From Haplodiscus bocki (Eukaryota), in NCBI GenBank assembly GCA_965655095.1, contig OZ296648.1, forward strand, positions 142,910,001-142,974,000: a DNA stretch of 64,000 nt, read 5' to 3'. The notes under the pieces are model-generated. The model was not told the DNA's origin, ran no database searches, and saw nothing but the letters and a program-made list of their open reading frames with translations. A program made the translations under genes and the position numbers. This document shows, piece by piece, positions 24,501 through 39,157 of the stretch; position 1 is the stretch's first letter; each line of letters begins with the position of its first letter.

Positions 24501-26449
24501 CAACTTCTGTAGTTTAAGTTCAAATTTTGAAAGCGACCTAGCCTCATCTGTATTTGGCCAACGCACTCTGATTGAAAAAAGGGGACAGAGTTGTCCAAGC
24601 GGCGTCAAGTGAAGTAAAGTAAATTTCGGGAACGTGTGCGGTTTATAGACGCAGTTGCTGAGCAACATCCGACAGCAACACTGCACTTCCTGTACTTTCA
24701 AAAAGTATAGTTTGCGAATTTGACAGCTTGACACGTAAACAACACAAAATTTTCCTATTAAATGATCTGTTTTCTTGAAAACCTTCTCGTTGATTTCGAT
24801 TTTTCTTCTAATTTGGAAACCAGAATTCTGTTATCTGTTATCTCAATTGTTTTGACTAATTTTGACTCAAAGAAAATTTTTTTGATAGAGAAATGGTAGA
24901 TGCCTTTTCTTTACAAAAGACCTTACGAAAGAACTCAATAATAATAAAAAGATGAAGTAGAGATTTCAATACCTCCAGCAATTAGAGAAAATCTTGAAAT
25001 TTATAAAAGACAACAACAGTTTGTTGAAACATTTTCTCTTCTTTTTGACTTGCAAATAGTTGGAAAAGGGCATAGTAAATCTCTCACTTGTCCATATTGT
25101 ATCTCAGTAGACTAACACTAACTTTAGCATTTCATCGGACCGTAACGTCAAATACTTTGCAGAAAAGTTTAAGCTTTTCCTCCATAACCTTGGATATTGT
25201 CGTAACCTGAAAAAGAAACAGGTTTCAGGTGTCTGTCAAAGTGTTCTGGTCCAACAGTCAACTGATTCATCAATCGCATAGATTGAGTGGAACCTGATTC
25301 TCCAAATGTAATGTTTTGGACCAAAGAAAAACGGCTATTGTTGTCTCTTTTGAACACTTTAGTATTACATCCGAGTGAAAGGAGTCGTCCTTCGACCAAA
25401 AAATTTTCCAAATCTGCCTGGACGTTTGTCAGAGTCCAAACAAACGGTACAACTGTGTTTGTACACGGAAACACGGAAGCAATAGGATCGTAAGCAATGG
25501 GCTCTTCTTGTTGAACTTGAAGGCTGGTAGCTAAGAGAATCAATAACTTTTTGGTTTTTGAAGCATGATTTTGCGGCTGCAAACAGCTGCAAGTATAAGC
25601 TTTTGTATACTTTGTTTGATCATTGCCAGGTGATGAATTTATATAAAAAGATTCTTTCCTTTTTGGTCATGGACTCGTACTTTCTTAAGAGGAACAACCT
25701 CCATTTTTTGGCGTGCTTGTTCAAAACTTAGTACTAATTCCTTTTACAGACTCATTAGTTGGACAGAACCTGCTTGACAACCAGATGGTTGCTGTTATGT
25801 TGCAAGTATTTCCCAGATTTTTTTGCAAAAATTCCAAAAAAGTGTGTTTAAATATGCAAATGCCTGTGAAAGAAAGGCTGTCAATGATGAGTACTGCATT
25901 ATACAGCCTAAGAACAAATAGTGCTTTCTGCTAATAGGATACGAAGAAGAATTGCTAGAAATTGGACAATTTCTGTTCTAGCTTCCAAAACTTGGACTCT
26001 GTACTGTCCACATACAGTATTCAAGTAATGGTACAATTGCGTAGTTTTTGCAAAGAGTGGGCTATTTTTCCATAACGTGCAGAGGGAAGTCTTTTTTAAG
26101 TAAACTAAAACAGGAGAGTGGAGAAAATTTGCAGCTTTGCAAGAAGAGACTCCTGATGATAAAGAACAATAAACCAATTTTTGCGCTCCTTCCAGTGGAC
26201 AAAATAAACGCAACTAGTGGATCAGCGTCTAGAGAAAGAGTTGAACAAATTTGAAAGGATAAGATTGAACTGGAACTTACAAAATTTTCAGATTGTTCGT
26301 TAAACGTTCATGGTAGGCTTGATTTTTCATCATTTTTCAACTCTTAGAACAAATTTCTTACAGACTAATCTTCTTTTGAATCCCAAAGAGGACTGTAAAC
26401 GTTAGTTTTTAGGGGAAATAAACTAACCATCATAACCAGCAACAGTCCC

Positions 26450-27770
26450 ACTTTGAAAAAGAATATAACAGAAAACATACTCTGCTGACTATCAGGGAAA
26501 TAAAAATTGAAAATTTTTCGCATTCTTTTTCTTCTAGTTTCGGCATTTTTATAATATTTGTTATGTACCAAGTTTACAACGAGTACCTTTTTGTACCTGG
26601 CAAAAATTTTCGATTAGCCAAGTTTTTTCTTGTTGCTTTTCGAGACTGATAAGGATAATTGACGAAATATCTTGAAAAAATGAACGCTTTGTAAACTTGG
26701 GATTGTCGTTTTTTGAAAAACACCGGTGATTTTCTTGAACCTATGCTGCACGGGTTGGTCCTAGGGCGCTTGTGAAATATTCTTTTCCGTGGAAAATTAG
26801 TTTTATCTATATTGCCAAGGGTATAGATATCTTTCGAACAGTGAGAATTCGGTTTTTTACTTCAAAAGAAACATAGTCCTTGGTTTCTTTAATGTACAGG
26901 CAGCTGTTTCTGAAGTTCAAAACAGCAATAGGATTCCAAGCAAAAATGTGCAGAGAACTTAAAATTTAAATTTTTCTTGAAAAAAGTAGCAACGGAAATG
27001 TTTTGAAGCAATTTCTTTGGAACGTGGTTTTGAATCAACATTTTACATGGTGTCAGATTGAGAATCAACTGTTTTTTGTCGTTTCAGGCTTTTAAGGAAC
27101 AATTTGGCTGAAAACTCAGATTTTAAAAAAGAGGTTTGTTGACGAAAGGTCAGGTTCTGATTCGTTTACTCCGTTGAAAAGTTAATTTTTGTAACTCTTC
27201 ACTTTTGAACTCCAATAATCTGACGAATGTTTTTGTATAAATTAGTTTTGGAACCGAAGAGTCAGATTCTTCTTCTGTTCTTCATGTTTTTCACAAAGAA
27301 CCAAAATTTTTCACAAAGAACTTTTTTAAAACTCATTAGACCTTCAAAACATGATTTTCGTCATTTTAGAGGAACCTCTAAACTGAAAAGACAACAAAAC
27401 AAATTTTTTCATCATTTGCCCCATGAAGCGGAGAAATGTTTCAGCTTACAATATCTTTATCCGACAGATAATAGCACTAGATGCTGAAACATTTGTCTTC
27501 CTACAACTGTAGAAGGATGTTGAATTTTGTTCCTCCGCTGCTGTTCCATTTTTCTTTCTGCATGAACACGATATATGCAAAACCTGTTTGCTACTAATGT
27601 GCTACAAGAACGAGTTATCTTTCCTCCAAACATGTCTGAATAGTTTGAGAAAAAAATTTGGATTAGATGGAAATAAATGATATATTTGTCAGTAAAATTA
27701 CTCAACAGCATACTATAGAATGTTGCATACAATTTCCTAAAAACAGACTCCGACATTTTTTCAATCCGTC
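26450..27770 (-). pseudogene. Protein-primed DNA polymerase B (pPolB), C-terminal half, very decayed
   Basis: Weak motif traces in the expected order: IEKMSESVFRKLY (EMWEC-like), QII..VTK..VNKPLF, KKSPVF.K (KxxPGLFK-like), KIFNFYFP. Confidence 0.5.
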
Positions 27771-27774
27771 TTCC

Positions 27775-28900
27775 AAAAGAAGGCGCGCTCCACAAGTCAA
27801 CCACAATTTCGCAGTGAGAATACTCATGAGACAATTGAAGCAGACCAGGTTTTGTTGGCCTTTCAACAATTGGCGACGAACAGTAATTCAGCCAAATTCA
27901 ACAAAGAACATCAGTAGAATCTCGCAATTGCCTAAATCCCTCACAACAACAATGGCCACTTTTGATGTGAAATCAGAAAAATTCGGACTGTTTGAAGATC
28001 TATTGCAAACAAGTTTGGAAATCCCCAATCAGCTGACAGAAAAAGATAAAATAAACTACTTCCACTCTCTCATGCAAGGTGACGCACTGCAAACCTTCAA
28101 AAACATCGCCAGCCCCAACACAGAGAATTTGGGAGAAACCCTGACTGTGTTCCGTAGAAAGTACGTAAAACCTCAGTCAGTGGCTACGGCAAAACACAAA
28201 TTTCAACAACTGGTCTTCTTTCCCGCAAACCAGAAGTTAATTGATTTTCTCGATGAACTCCAGAAATTGGCAGAAGACGCATTCGGAGTTGCCGCTCAAG
28301 CGATCATCGAGCAATTCATCCATGCCAAAATGCCTGGTCACCTGAAGAAATCAATTAACCAGGCACATTTGGAAATTGGCACATATGAACAGATTGTGTC
28401 GCATCTTGAAAGAGAGTTGGAACTAAATGGTTTGGAAGCCCGAGGTGAAATGCCAATAAACACTGTGACGCAACAAGCCCCTCAGCAAAACTCCGAAAAG
28501 CCCAAAGCAACGCGCCACCATTGCACAAAACCAGGACAATAGCAAAATCAGTGCCCACAACTCAAACGAGAAAAAGTCCAAACCCGAAATAATCTTAATA
28601 GTGCCAACAATAACAATGGTAGTGCCCAAACAAACTCCAACCCCAATAATAAAGTTTCAAACAATACCAAAGCAAACAATACAATTAATCAAGGAGACAG
28701 AAGCTCTAGACCTGTCTTCCCACCCTGTGAGACCTGTGGTAGCACTAACCACTCCACAGAGAAAAATTACCTTGGAGCAAACGCAGCAAACAGACCGCTT
28801 CCCCGGAATAGAATACCGGAAGGACAAAACCAAGTCCAACAGAGAAATGTTCAAAGCAACTCAGATGGGAATGTCCAAGCTGCAGCCCAAACTTTAAACT
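27775..28900 (+). pseudogene. gag: gag (5'-truncated) with two decayed zinc knuckles
   Basis: MATFDVKSEKFGLFEDL...KINYFHSLMQGDAL capsid-like region; RHHCTKPGQ*QNQC (~28512) and CETCGSTNHSTEK (~28726) knuckles. Confidence 0.85.
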
Positions 28901-29369
28901 AGCCACGCCACGTCTTCACTCCGGAGCCGCATGTGACAGACCGGAGACAAATGAAATATCAAAACTCCCAACAATTCCCGAGGTTGTCTGGCAGCAACCT
29001 ACGGAAACAGTTACAGAAAACCATAACTTACATAATAATAATAATAACTCGACTTTAAAGACAAATGTCGCAAACCAAACGTCGCCACTCGAGAGAACCC
29101 AACCACAGAACCACGTAGCCGCCACGGAACAACCTTCACGAAATCAAACAGGGAATGAGCCAGTATCGTTCCTTAACTGCTCCTTAATTCCTCTACCGAT
29201 ATCCAAAATACAGAACAACGTGTAGTGACTACCCCTAACGGAGATACAAAAAGTCCACCTCTCACCACTGCAACCCCACTAATTTAGGAAGGGTTGGTAA
29301 GAGACGAACAGACAATCTAGGTATATCTCCCATTAACCTCTACAGTAGTCCTGAAACGAAAGCAAGAAA

Positions 29370-32300
29370 TGCTCTATGTGCCTCTGGATTTTGAGAATAT
29401 TCTTACGGTAGATGCTCTGGTGGATTCAGTAGCCTTTGTCAATGCACTTGCCCAGGATGACTTGGACACAATAAAACAGAAATCCCGAATAATATTCTCA
29501 AAATAGACGACACTCCCGATTTTCAAATACAAGTAGCCAAAGGCTAATTAGAAAAACCATTATCAACAGCCACACTAAAATTTGAAATTGGAGATAATAT
29601 CTTCGTTGAACACTTCGTCCTAATGAAGAAAAATGACAGGGCCAATCTTTGGGTTGCATTTTATGGGGAACAACAGTGTAGTCGTTGACACGACACACGG
29701 CCTCATACATTTTCCACACTTGACAATGCAAATTAAAACAGCCTCAAGTGAGACCACAACAAAACCACAGCCAGTCATCACTGACGATGCCCTGGCCCTT
29801 GTCGACGACAAGAACAATCATAGCCTTTGTTGACCATCCGTCAAAATGGAACAAAAGGGGGACTGTGACACCGTTGGAGAAGTTTACGGAAAAAGCAAGT
29901 TTGCTGATTTCTCATTCAATGTCAACAATATTGACAAAAGAAAAGCAGTCAGAGTAACCAATGCAACGGAATCACCATATCTAGTCAAAAAGCACACACA
30001 CATTGCAGAGTTCTCCGTGGTTACTCCGGAACAATCCAAGCACATCAAACCAGTAGATATGGCAATCCCTAGTATGATTCCACAAGGTGATCCCGACCTG
30101 ACTGCCTACCTAAAAAACTTCTCAGAACGAATAACCCCGAGCAACAACACAACACATTCTGGTTCCCAACACCTGAAAATTCTGGAAAGCCTGAGGATCA
30201 CACCCCAATACAGACAAGAGACCTCAAGGAATTGAATGAACTCAAGGACAAGGAAAAACTCAATCCACAAGAGAGCACAGAATCTCGAAACAAAATTTCT
30301 CAAACAATTTGATTGGACTGACACACTCTTTACAGAAACGGCGAAACAAGCAATTGAAGATATTCTGGTTGATTATCATGACATCTTCGCCAGACAGAGA
30401 TAGGATATTGGGATGAATACGGAGTTCAAGGTAAAATTAACTCCCAAAGACGACAAAGCTGTATATAGCCAAAGTCTACCAATGCCGAGCCACCTGAAAG
30501 AAAACCTAATTGTCGAATTAGCCCTAATGCACAAATATGGAATCATCACAGTACTGCCTTTCTCCAAGTACGCGAGCCCCATATTCGTACAAAGGAAGCC
30601 CAACGGAAAATTACGTTTCATTGTGGATCTCCGGAAAATCAACAGTCTGATTGCGGATGACTACACTAACAACAATCATCCAGTTATCACTCTATCGGCG
30701 CAGCACAACATTTGACTGGGAAGTCCCTGTTCTGCAAACTAGATTGCTCCCAAGCTTATCACTGTTTGCAGATGGCGGACCAACGGTCAGTGGAAATGCT
30801 TACATTCAATTTTGCTAGCGGAACTTTTGCCTATAAAAGACTTGCACAAGGTCTTAGCAGATCTGTGTCTGCTTTTTCAAGTTTGATGCGTGAGTACTTG
30901 GACCCAGTCGTCCAAGCTGACCAATGTGCTCAATACGTAGACGACATTGGAATTGCAGCCATTAATGCTACGGACCTTACCCGGAACATTCGGGCAGTCT
31001 TCAAGTGCATTTGCCAAGCAGGATTGAAGCTGAAAAAAGAAAAATGCCATTTTGGAGTCAGACAAGTTGGATTCTTAGGAGGAACATTTTCACCAGAAAG
31101 ACTATCACCGCCAGCTCGGAAAATTCAAAATTTCCTTGACAAACTTAGATTCCCCAAATCAAAAAAGGCATTACAGCGATATCTGTGTTTCGTTAACTAT
31201 TACAGAAAATATAATCCCATACTGGCTGAAAGACCTAATCCGTTCTACAGATTGCTTAAAACGGAAGTGCCAATCATTATTACGTCGGAAATGAAAGAAA
31301 CATTGCCTTCACAGATTCAGTCAATAAGGCTTTCAGTGACGCTTGCCAATTAGCACTTAAATAACCCATTACAGGAAAGCAGCTTGTCTTTATGACGGAA
31401 GCCAGCTTCAGAAGTGATGGATATGCCTCCATGATCGAAGACAATCCCGATCAGAAAATACAATCAAAGCGGAAAACGTACGCCCCAGCAGCGTTTGGCT
31501 CAAAAATTTTCTCCCCTGCACAACTCCAGATGTCCACATACTCAAAGGAGTTTTTGGCAGAATACATGGCATTTCTAGAGTTTGCACACATTCTGTGGGA
31601 AGCAACAAAGCCAACATTTCTCCTAACAGACAACAAGTCAGTCACACGTTTTTTCCAAACAAAGCCACTTCTGCCAGAACTCTGGAATGCATGTGATTAT
31701 GTGTAGCAGCATAACTTCGAATTAGCACACATTGCTGGCCCAGTCAACACTGCAGTTGACTTTCTCTTCAGACTTGAACTTAAAGTCACGGAGAAGATAC
31801 GTCTCAAAATCCGGGAAGATATACAAACAACACCTATCGAGGTGACCACCTCTTCCTCGGATGTCGCTGATGAAGAACAATTATTCTTCAAGCAAGCAGA
31901 CAACAACGTTGACTCAGAAGACCAAACCCTTGAAGGAAAAGAGCAACCTAAACAAAATGCGAAGCAATGGGCATTGAATGAAGAATCACTCGTCTTGCAA
32001 ACGAGTGTGAATGAATTCACAAAGACCGACGGAAACACTACGTCGTATTCCATGAACGGAATTAAAGCAAATGCGAGAATACGAGGAGAGCAAGACGTCG
32101 ATCTTGTGCTGAAGAACATGGAATTGAAAATCTTAGGCCGACTTTAAGATGAAGTATTAATAATGACAGACTCACGATACCAAAATTACAAAGCAAATGA
32201 AGACCATATCTTTCTTAAAGATGGTCTATTGTTCAGGAAATATTTTGGAGAAACAGGTAGCATCAAATACTACCAAACTCTCATCCCAAAGTAATTAGTT

Positions 32301-33754
32301 AATGAAGTTCTGAGCAGCCTACATGGAGAATTCGGAAAACACTCCAAAACAACAACTGCTTACAGGGAAAAATATTTTTTTCCAAAAATGGCGCAATTAA
32401 TCAAGGAGTGGGTCATGTCATGTGAGCAATGCATTAGAGAATCACGAACTAACCGTAGCTTTTTCCGCCCTCCCCTGCAAAACTCAAATGAGCACATTAC
32501 TGCGCCCGAAGATGCCATGCAAATTGATTTGGTTCCGGAATTACTGCCATCTGGTGGCTATGAAAACATTGTGACAGCCATGGATGAGGTTCATTTGCAT
32601 ACCCGACATCAAATCAACACGCTAAAACAATTGCTGAAGTCTTATTTAACATAATGACAAATCACGCGTACATACCAACGACGCTCATCTCAGATAAAAG
32701 TACAGCCTTTATGTCTCATGTAATTAAAGAAGTGGCCGACGTCCTTGGTATTACTCCAAAGCACGCCACTACAAAGCACGTTCAAACAGTTGGGTTACTT
32801 CAGCGATCTCACGCGTCAATCAAGCAAGCATTGAAGATAAAGACAGGCGAGCGGAGATCACTGTGGCACAAGTACGTCAACATTACAATACTTCCTCAAT
32901 TACAATACTTCTTACCACACAAATATTGGTCGTGAGCCAAGTTGAGCCTTTCACGACCGTATTCTTTACAACAGTTTGGACTTAAAATTGGGAATTCGCC
33001 CACAGCAACAGCCCATTCCTACTTCGCAATTATCCAAGATGCTTTTGATCAAACAGAGATGATCCATCAAGATATTCGCAAGAATTCCATCCAAGCATAC
33101 ATTAAATACAAGGCCCATTATGACAAAAAAGCCAACGCTTCAAAACTTAAAGAAACAGATTTTGTATACATCTTGCAACCGAAAGCGGATCATCAAGGCA
33201 GCAAAATTCCATTCACAGAATTTCGATGGATTGGCCCATATATTATCGAAAATGTATTACCCAACAATAATTATTTGGTACGCAAAATTGGCACCAACAA
33301 GACGCAAGTACTTCATCGGATGAGAATGCGTCAGTTCACACCCCGCCAACCACCAGCTGACATAAAAGTCAAGCCTCCAGAATATAAATCCGATCCCGAA
33401 GTGAGTATTCATCAGGACGATTTATATGGAAGGGTGTGGGAGTATGACTTTGAGCAGCCAATTTTCGACGCGGAGAACGATAAAGCGGCACCACCCAATC
33501 TTGAAGAGATTCCACTACAGTCTGATTATTCAACAGAGGAAATGAGGAACACACCAGGAAATCCATATGTCTGTTCCCCGGAGATTTTACCATGCACAGA
33601 CGAGGTCACTGACGTAACAGATACGTGTCCACATATGGAACCTGATGTGGAGACAAGCTCGGAACAACAGGAAAATAGTCCAACTAACCCCCGCAGTTCC
33701 AAATACAACTTGCGTCATAACCCGAAGCCTAACTGCAATGACGACTACCGATAG
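29370..33754 (+). pseudogene. pol: pol: protease, reverse transcriptase, RNase H, integrase (multiple stops and frameshifts)
   Basis: ALVDS(V)A protease; SPIFVQRKPNGKLRFIVDLRKIN, LDCSQAYH, LAQGL and YVDDI (RT); TEAS...EFLA...TDNKS (RNase H); H..H..CEQC, MQIDL, ISDK and WIGPY (integrase). Confidence 0.95.
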
Positions 33755-34785
33755 TAGTTTGTCCGCTCAACAAGTGTGTTCCACGTAACGCGCACCTAGC
33801 CGTTCCAAATTCAAGGAGCGCGCTACGTGGCACATACGTGCCAGTCCAAATTTCTCACACATTCTATTCTGGATATTCCCTGGTGACTAACTCACTTGCT
33901 ACTCAGTCTGGAATACTTCAAAACACGGCCACTGTGTCTCTACAGCTTACATCAAATATAAAGCTTACTACGACAAAAAATCCCAACGCTTCAAATCTCA
34001 AAGAAGCCGATTATGTATACGTATTACAGCTGAAAGCGGATCATCAAGGGCAAAAATTTCCCTTTGCAGAATTTCGCTGAATTGGCCCGTACAATATTCA
34101 AAAGATGTTACCTAACAACAATTATCTGGTAAGCAAAACTGGCACCAACAAGACGCAAGTGCTTCACTGTATGCGGATGCGTCAGTTCACACCCCGCCAA
34201 CCACCAGCTGACACACAAATCAAGCCACAAGAAGATAAACCCGATCCGGAGGTGATCCTTAAACACGGTGATTTGTATGCCAGAGCGTGGGAGTATGATT
34301 AAGAGCAGCCAATTTTTGAAGCCAAAAAGAATAATGCAATGCCACCCAACTCAAACGAAATTGCAGTGCAGTCTGATTTTTCAACGCAGGAAATAAGGAA
34401 CACACCAGGAACCACACACGCGTGTTCTTCAGAAATTTTTCCTCAAACGGACGAAGTCAGTGACGTAACAGATACGTATCCACACATGGAACCCGATGTG
34501 GAGGAAAAATCGAAACAACCAAAAAGCAGTCCGACCAACCACGCAGTTCCAAATACAACTTGCGTCAAAACCCGAAACCTAATTGCAATGACGACTACAG
34601 ATATTAGCTTGTCCGCTGAACTAGTGTGTTCCACGGAACGCGCACGTAAACGTTCCAGAAATTCAAGGAACGCACTACGTGGCACATACGTGGCAGTTCA
34701 AATATTCCGCATATTCTATTCCGGATATTCCCTGGGGACTAACTCAATTACTCTTCAGTCTGGATTACTTCAAAACACGGCCACT
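33092..34785 (+). repeat. Diverged tandem duplication (~850 bp) of the integrase C-terminus and 3' flank
   Basis: AYIKYKA.YDKK..ASxLKE..WIGPY...CNDDYR* plus CAAAACACGGCCACT occurs twice (33092-33932 and 33943-34785). Confidence 0.92.
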
Positions 34786-35000
34786 AATACTAAATTCATC
34801 AATATTCTCGTTTTCTCTACACAGGCCGCATTCACTTTATCCATTATTCCTTTTCTCTTTTTTTCTCTGAACTTTTGAACTAACGAAAACAATATATACA
34901 ATGAACATAATGAAGACAAAACAATTTCATGCAGTAGAGAGGCAGAATGGCAATAAGCAACGAGTGCAGCAGTTATCAATGACCGGACAGACAATAGCAG

Positions 35001-38000
35001 TCATGGCATTCCTCGTTGAAAGGCTGGCGTAGCTTTTCTATCTCGCCCACTTTTCCGTGTTTTTCCTTGGGGACGTTCAGATGCCAAGGCAGAAGCAAAA
35101 CTGGGATCATCGACAACAGTGCGTTTTCGGGAATTGAAAGAATGACTTGAAACCTCAAACTGGCGCGGCAACTTAACTGGAATCCGAACCACTCTCTTTT
35201 TTCCCTTTCCTGGAGAAGAAGGATGACGACTATGTCCAGCAATCTCACGGGACGGAGCAGCACCGGGCACATAATCAACTTGCCCCCCTTCCACGACTAT
35301 TGAAAGGCGGACACCATATCGAGAAGACGATAGATGGCGGCCGCACAGCACTCAGAGCATACCATTGTTCGCTGGTACCCTTAACCGCACGACGACGATC
35401 AAGTGCCTTCTAGAAGCATGTCCTCAGATCTGCAATGATCTGGGCCGATGACCCGCTTTCCACCTCTGACCACGAGGCACAAAGGGAACTGCTAGTGATG
35501 CTGTCAGAAATTGCAGTAGCCTCAGAAAGCATTGCGACAGCCGTCTCTGAGAAGAAGCTGCGCTGCGTGAGAACAGGATCTCTCACAAAATCCTGAACAC
35601 ACAACAGGACACCGCGCACTTTTTCCTCCCTGATAACCACCCGATCCAAGTTTACCGTAAACCTCTATCCAGATGTTACTGGTCCACGAATGGCAAGTGC
35701 TGTTAATTGAAAGACCAAAAACAAACATGATTGAGCTAGAAGTTGCAACAAGATTGAAACCGCACTTTTGGAGACAATACATAGTTTATACAAATGGCGC
35801 CGCACACGAAAGCCAACCTGTGAAGAGCAGAAAGTCAGGACGTTCCCTACGTCAGGGCGGCTCTTTGTTGAAGTCCGCTCCAGCTGCCTCTGCGCCTGCA
35901 CGAACGACTGGTACTCTGACTTGCAGGCTTCCATCTCTGCCCCCTCACCCATATTTTCTCCAACAGTCCAACAAGCAACATGTGAAAGAGTTGCATAGGA
36001 GCATGATCGTCTCCACCAACCAGAATGGGGGGCCAAAACAACTGAACACTTGGCCTATTGCGGACCTTGCGGCAACAGTCGACAGCACACAGTTAACGAA
36101 GTCCTCCAGGAACTTCCTGCAATCTCGCCCGAACTCTCTCTTTAGGTGGGAACTTCCCTCTTTTTCAAGAGCTGATGACACCCGAGTACCAGCAAGGAAA
36201 CGATCTTCTTCGATGGCAGCAAATTTTGAGTGATTAGGAGCAATGTACTCCTCCCACTGCTCAACTGACGGCAAGACGCTGCTGTTTGATTTCCTGAAGA
36301 AGACAATAAACGAAATGGGCGACTTCACCGAAGGCGTAGTACCCATAATCGGCAGCGGACTGAGAATGTACAAAAATGTTGGCAACTGAAACAGAACATA
36401 CGTCACAGACATGGTAATGACGTCAAACCCACCGGCAATGTGCCAGTGCCACGATTCTCCAAATGCAACGAAAGAAAAAATGTGGAACCAACAGGGAGCC
36501 ACACTAAAGCGTGCCTAGAAATTTTGAACAGATCATCCGGAACGCCACGTTACCGCTGACTCGAAAAATGAAAAGTGCCTATGTACTGACATATTTCAAG
36601 CAGAATGTGGAAGACACGGAACTTCAAACGAGCGAGTTGGTCCAGATAAAAGTAACCATCCATTCCCTTTTTCTGAACATCACAATTTCAATTTAAATGG
36701 GTACGACACAGTGGCAATAAAATCAAAGAGGGAGATCTTACCACAAAACAATTGCCGTCATCTTTCCGCCCAGCCTCCTTCAGGTACGAAACAATCAAAG
36801 TCCACGCTCCCACAATATTGGCCACGACGTCGACGAGCTCGGGCATCACAAGGCTGCTGCTGATGATGGCTTTCTTCAAAGCTGGTCGAGAAGCCATCCC
36901 GTCACGACTCTCCACCCCCTTCAGCTTGTTCACAATGAACTCAATCATAGAGTACGGGTCCAGAGTTCCGAAATCTCTTGACGCACTCTGTCACAAAGAA
37001 CGTTTGAAAAGGCGCAAGTCAAACAAGCGATACTCGATCAGTTTTTGCTAATATTCACTGCCCAAGAAGTTTACGTAAGCTTCCACAAGTGCATGTTGAC
37101 CGCCCTGCATTGACAACACACGATCATCTGAACCAATTGCGTCAAAAATGCGTCCCAACATAACCACCTCCTCAATTACATTGCTGCTGAGCCGATCAAG
37201 AATTGCCACACACAACCGACGAAACTGGTTGTTATCCCAGCATCGAATGAACACCCAGATGTGCTCGCCCTGCTCCGCAAACTCTATTCCGCAATAGCCA
37301 TGTGCCTTTGTTCAAGGAACACCTTGCTCAAAATGCGGGGGTACATGCCATTGAGGATGATTGACTGAAAGCAAAACAACAATGTACAACGGGGATGAGT
37401 ACGTACAATACGGCAGACGAAAAAAAAATATTGTCAGTTGTCTCAAATGTGTGAGGTACAATACGCGGCTAGCTCTGTTCCATGCGTTCCACACGGCCCA
37501 AAACGTCATCTAATCCTGTGAACAAAGAAGCAAATGATTAACACACGCCAAGGAACGTACATGGATGGTACGGCAACAAAACTTACTGCTCATTATTGGC
37601 TGCAGAATTTGTGCCCTCTCCTCGGCGCAGATCGACCCCCAGAAAGTCACAAGTTGATGCCCTGTTTCCTCAATTGGAGTCACTACAGGGTCGTTACTGA
37701 AATGATCTACAACAACAAAGACAAAAAGGAGGAGCAATCATGGAACGCCACAAAAATATCCCCATCTGAAGTGATACATACCATTGTCAAAAGCCTCTTC
37801 CAACAACTCTCGACTGCGTTCGTGGCTGCTCACTGGCAAAAGGCACTGGAGCAATACCAGCCAAGGGGACCAAGCGCCGTGTCAAAACAGCACGTCGTCG
37901 TCGAACCTGGCTTTGTGTCTCAGCTTCAGTCAGGATGTCATCACAATCAGACGAAATCATACCAGCTTCACTGATGCTTATAACATACAAAGAAGATTCA

Positions 38001-38732
38001 ACTGTCCCGAACATGGCCAAAACAATATGAGATATTGTTAAAAACTTGATGCACAACCCATGGGAGATCTTTTTTCAAGACTGGGTACGTCTTCATCACA
38101 AGATGTTGCACGTCCCACCTCAAACTCACTTCCGGAATCACCCGGAACATCAGCAAAAGCATCGTCAGGAAGAGCAGCAGGCTCCCTGGCAGAATCATAT
38201 ACTAAAACACAAAAGCCCCATGATGCCATCTTCATGTTTGGGCGCGCGCTGGTCACTAGCTGATGGAAAACATAGATGGCCTCTGTGTTATTCCTATATA
38301 AAAACTAACGAGAATGAAGAATGCAGACTCACACAATGGCAGTTCGGATGAACCGACATCACCCTCCAAAACAGTTTCTGAATGCAGATTCGCACGCATG
38401 AGAACATCATTGAAAATGAAACCCTCAGATTCTGCGCCCTCATCTCTTTGATCGCCGCCAACCACGTCCAAAAATGAATCCTCGGCGTCATCGTCTGCAC
38501 CAGACACAGGCTCAGTACCACAAATGGTATTGTTGCTGAACAGCTCTAAAGCTCTCCGAACGCACTCCTCTCCTTCTCTTTCTGCAACATCGAAACTGGG
38601 GACAAATGGGAGAGCAAGGGACAAACTCTTCTCTACTGCTCCTTCATCAATCTCCAATGCCCCTTCTTCATTAACCTCGTCCGCAAACGGGGATGTCCTC
38701 CTCACTTCTCCTTCTTCTTCGATCGAACTCAT
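35001..38732 (-). pseudogene. Antisense, intron-containing accessory gene(s) of unknown function inside the Gypsy element
   Basis: Chain of minus-strand ORFs from an acidic N-terminus (MSSIEEEGEV, 38732) to a basic C-terminus (KGKKRVVR...FQRGMP*, 35001). A GT-AG intron at 36741-36673 (GTAAGA...TTCAG) removes an in-frame stop. A second at 36432-36386 (GTGGGT...TTTCAG) joins frames. Confidence 0.7.
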
Positions 38733-39157
38733 TATTACGAATAATGAATGACCTGGATATTGAGCTATTACATGGTGGATTTACATATTTTTTCAAAAAC
38801 TCCTAAATATTTTATTAAAAATCTGATTAATTTGTCTGCCAGCAATTATGTCAGCAGGCTTTCTCAAAGACACCTTGAGGAACGATACTCAAGTGTTCCT
38901 TAAATTTAGAGACTCCATTTTTAAGATTTGTTTACATCTCATCAACTCGAACTTCACTTCCTACATCCTACCTTCACCGATGCAGAGCAGCGGCGCGGGA
39001 ACATCAAAGCAAATCCCGCTTCATGAAAGTGGATTATCATTACCCGCAACCCTGATCATTCTCTCATTTTTCACTTGTCCAATTCAGTTGCCCGATCAAG
39101 AAATTATCTAAATTTCTTCTTAAATTTAACCTTTCCTCTAATATTTCGATCGATTCG

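Noticed and set aside
35718-35784. Additional intron in the antisense gene
   Set aside because: Intron-like composition, but this copy lacks canonical GT and AG ends and the frame reads through.
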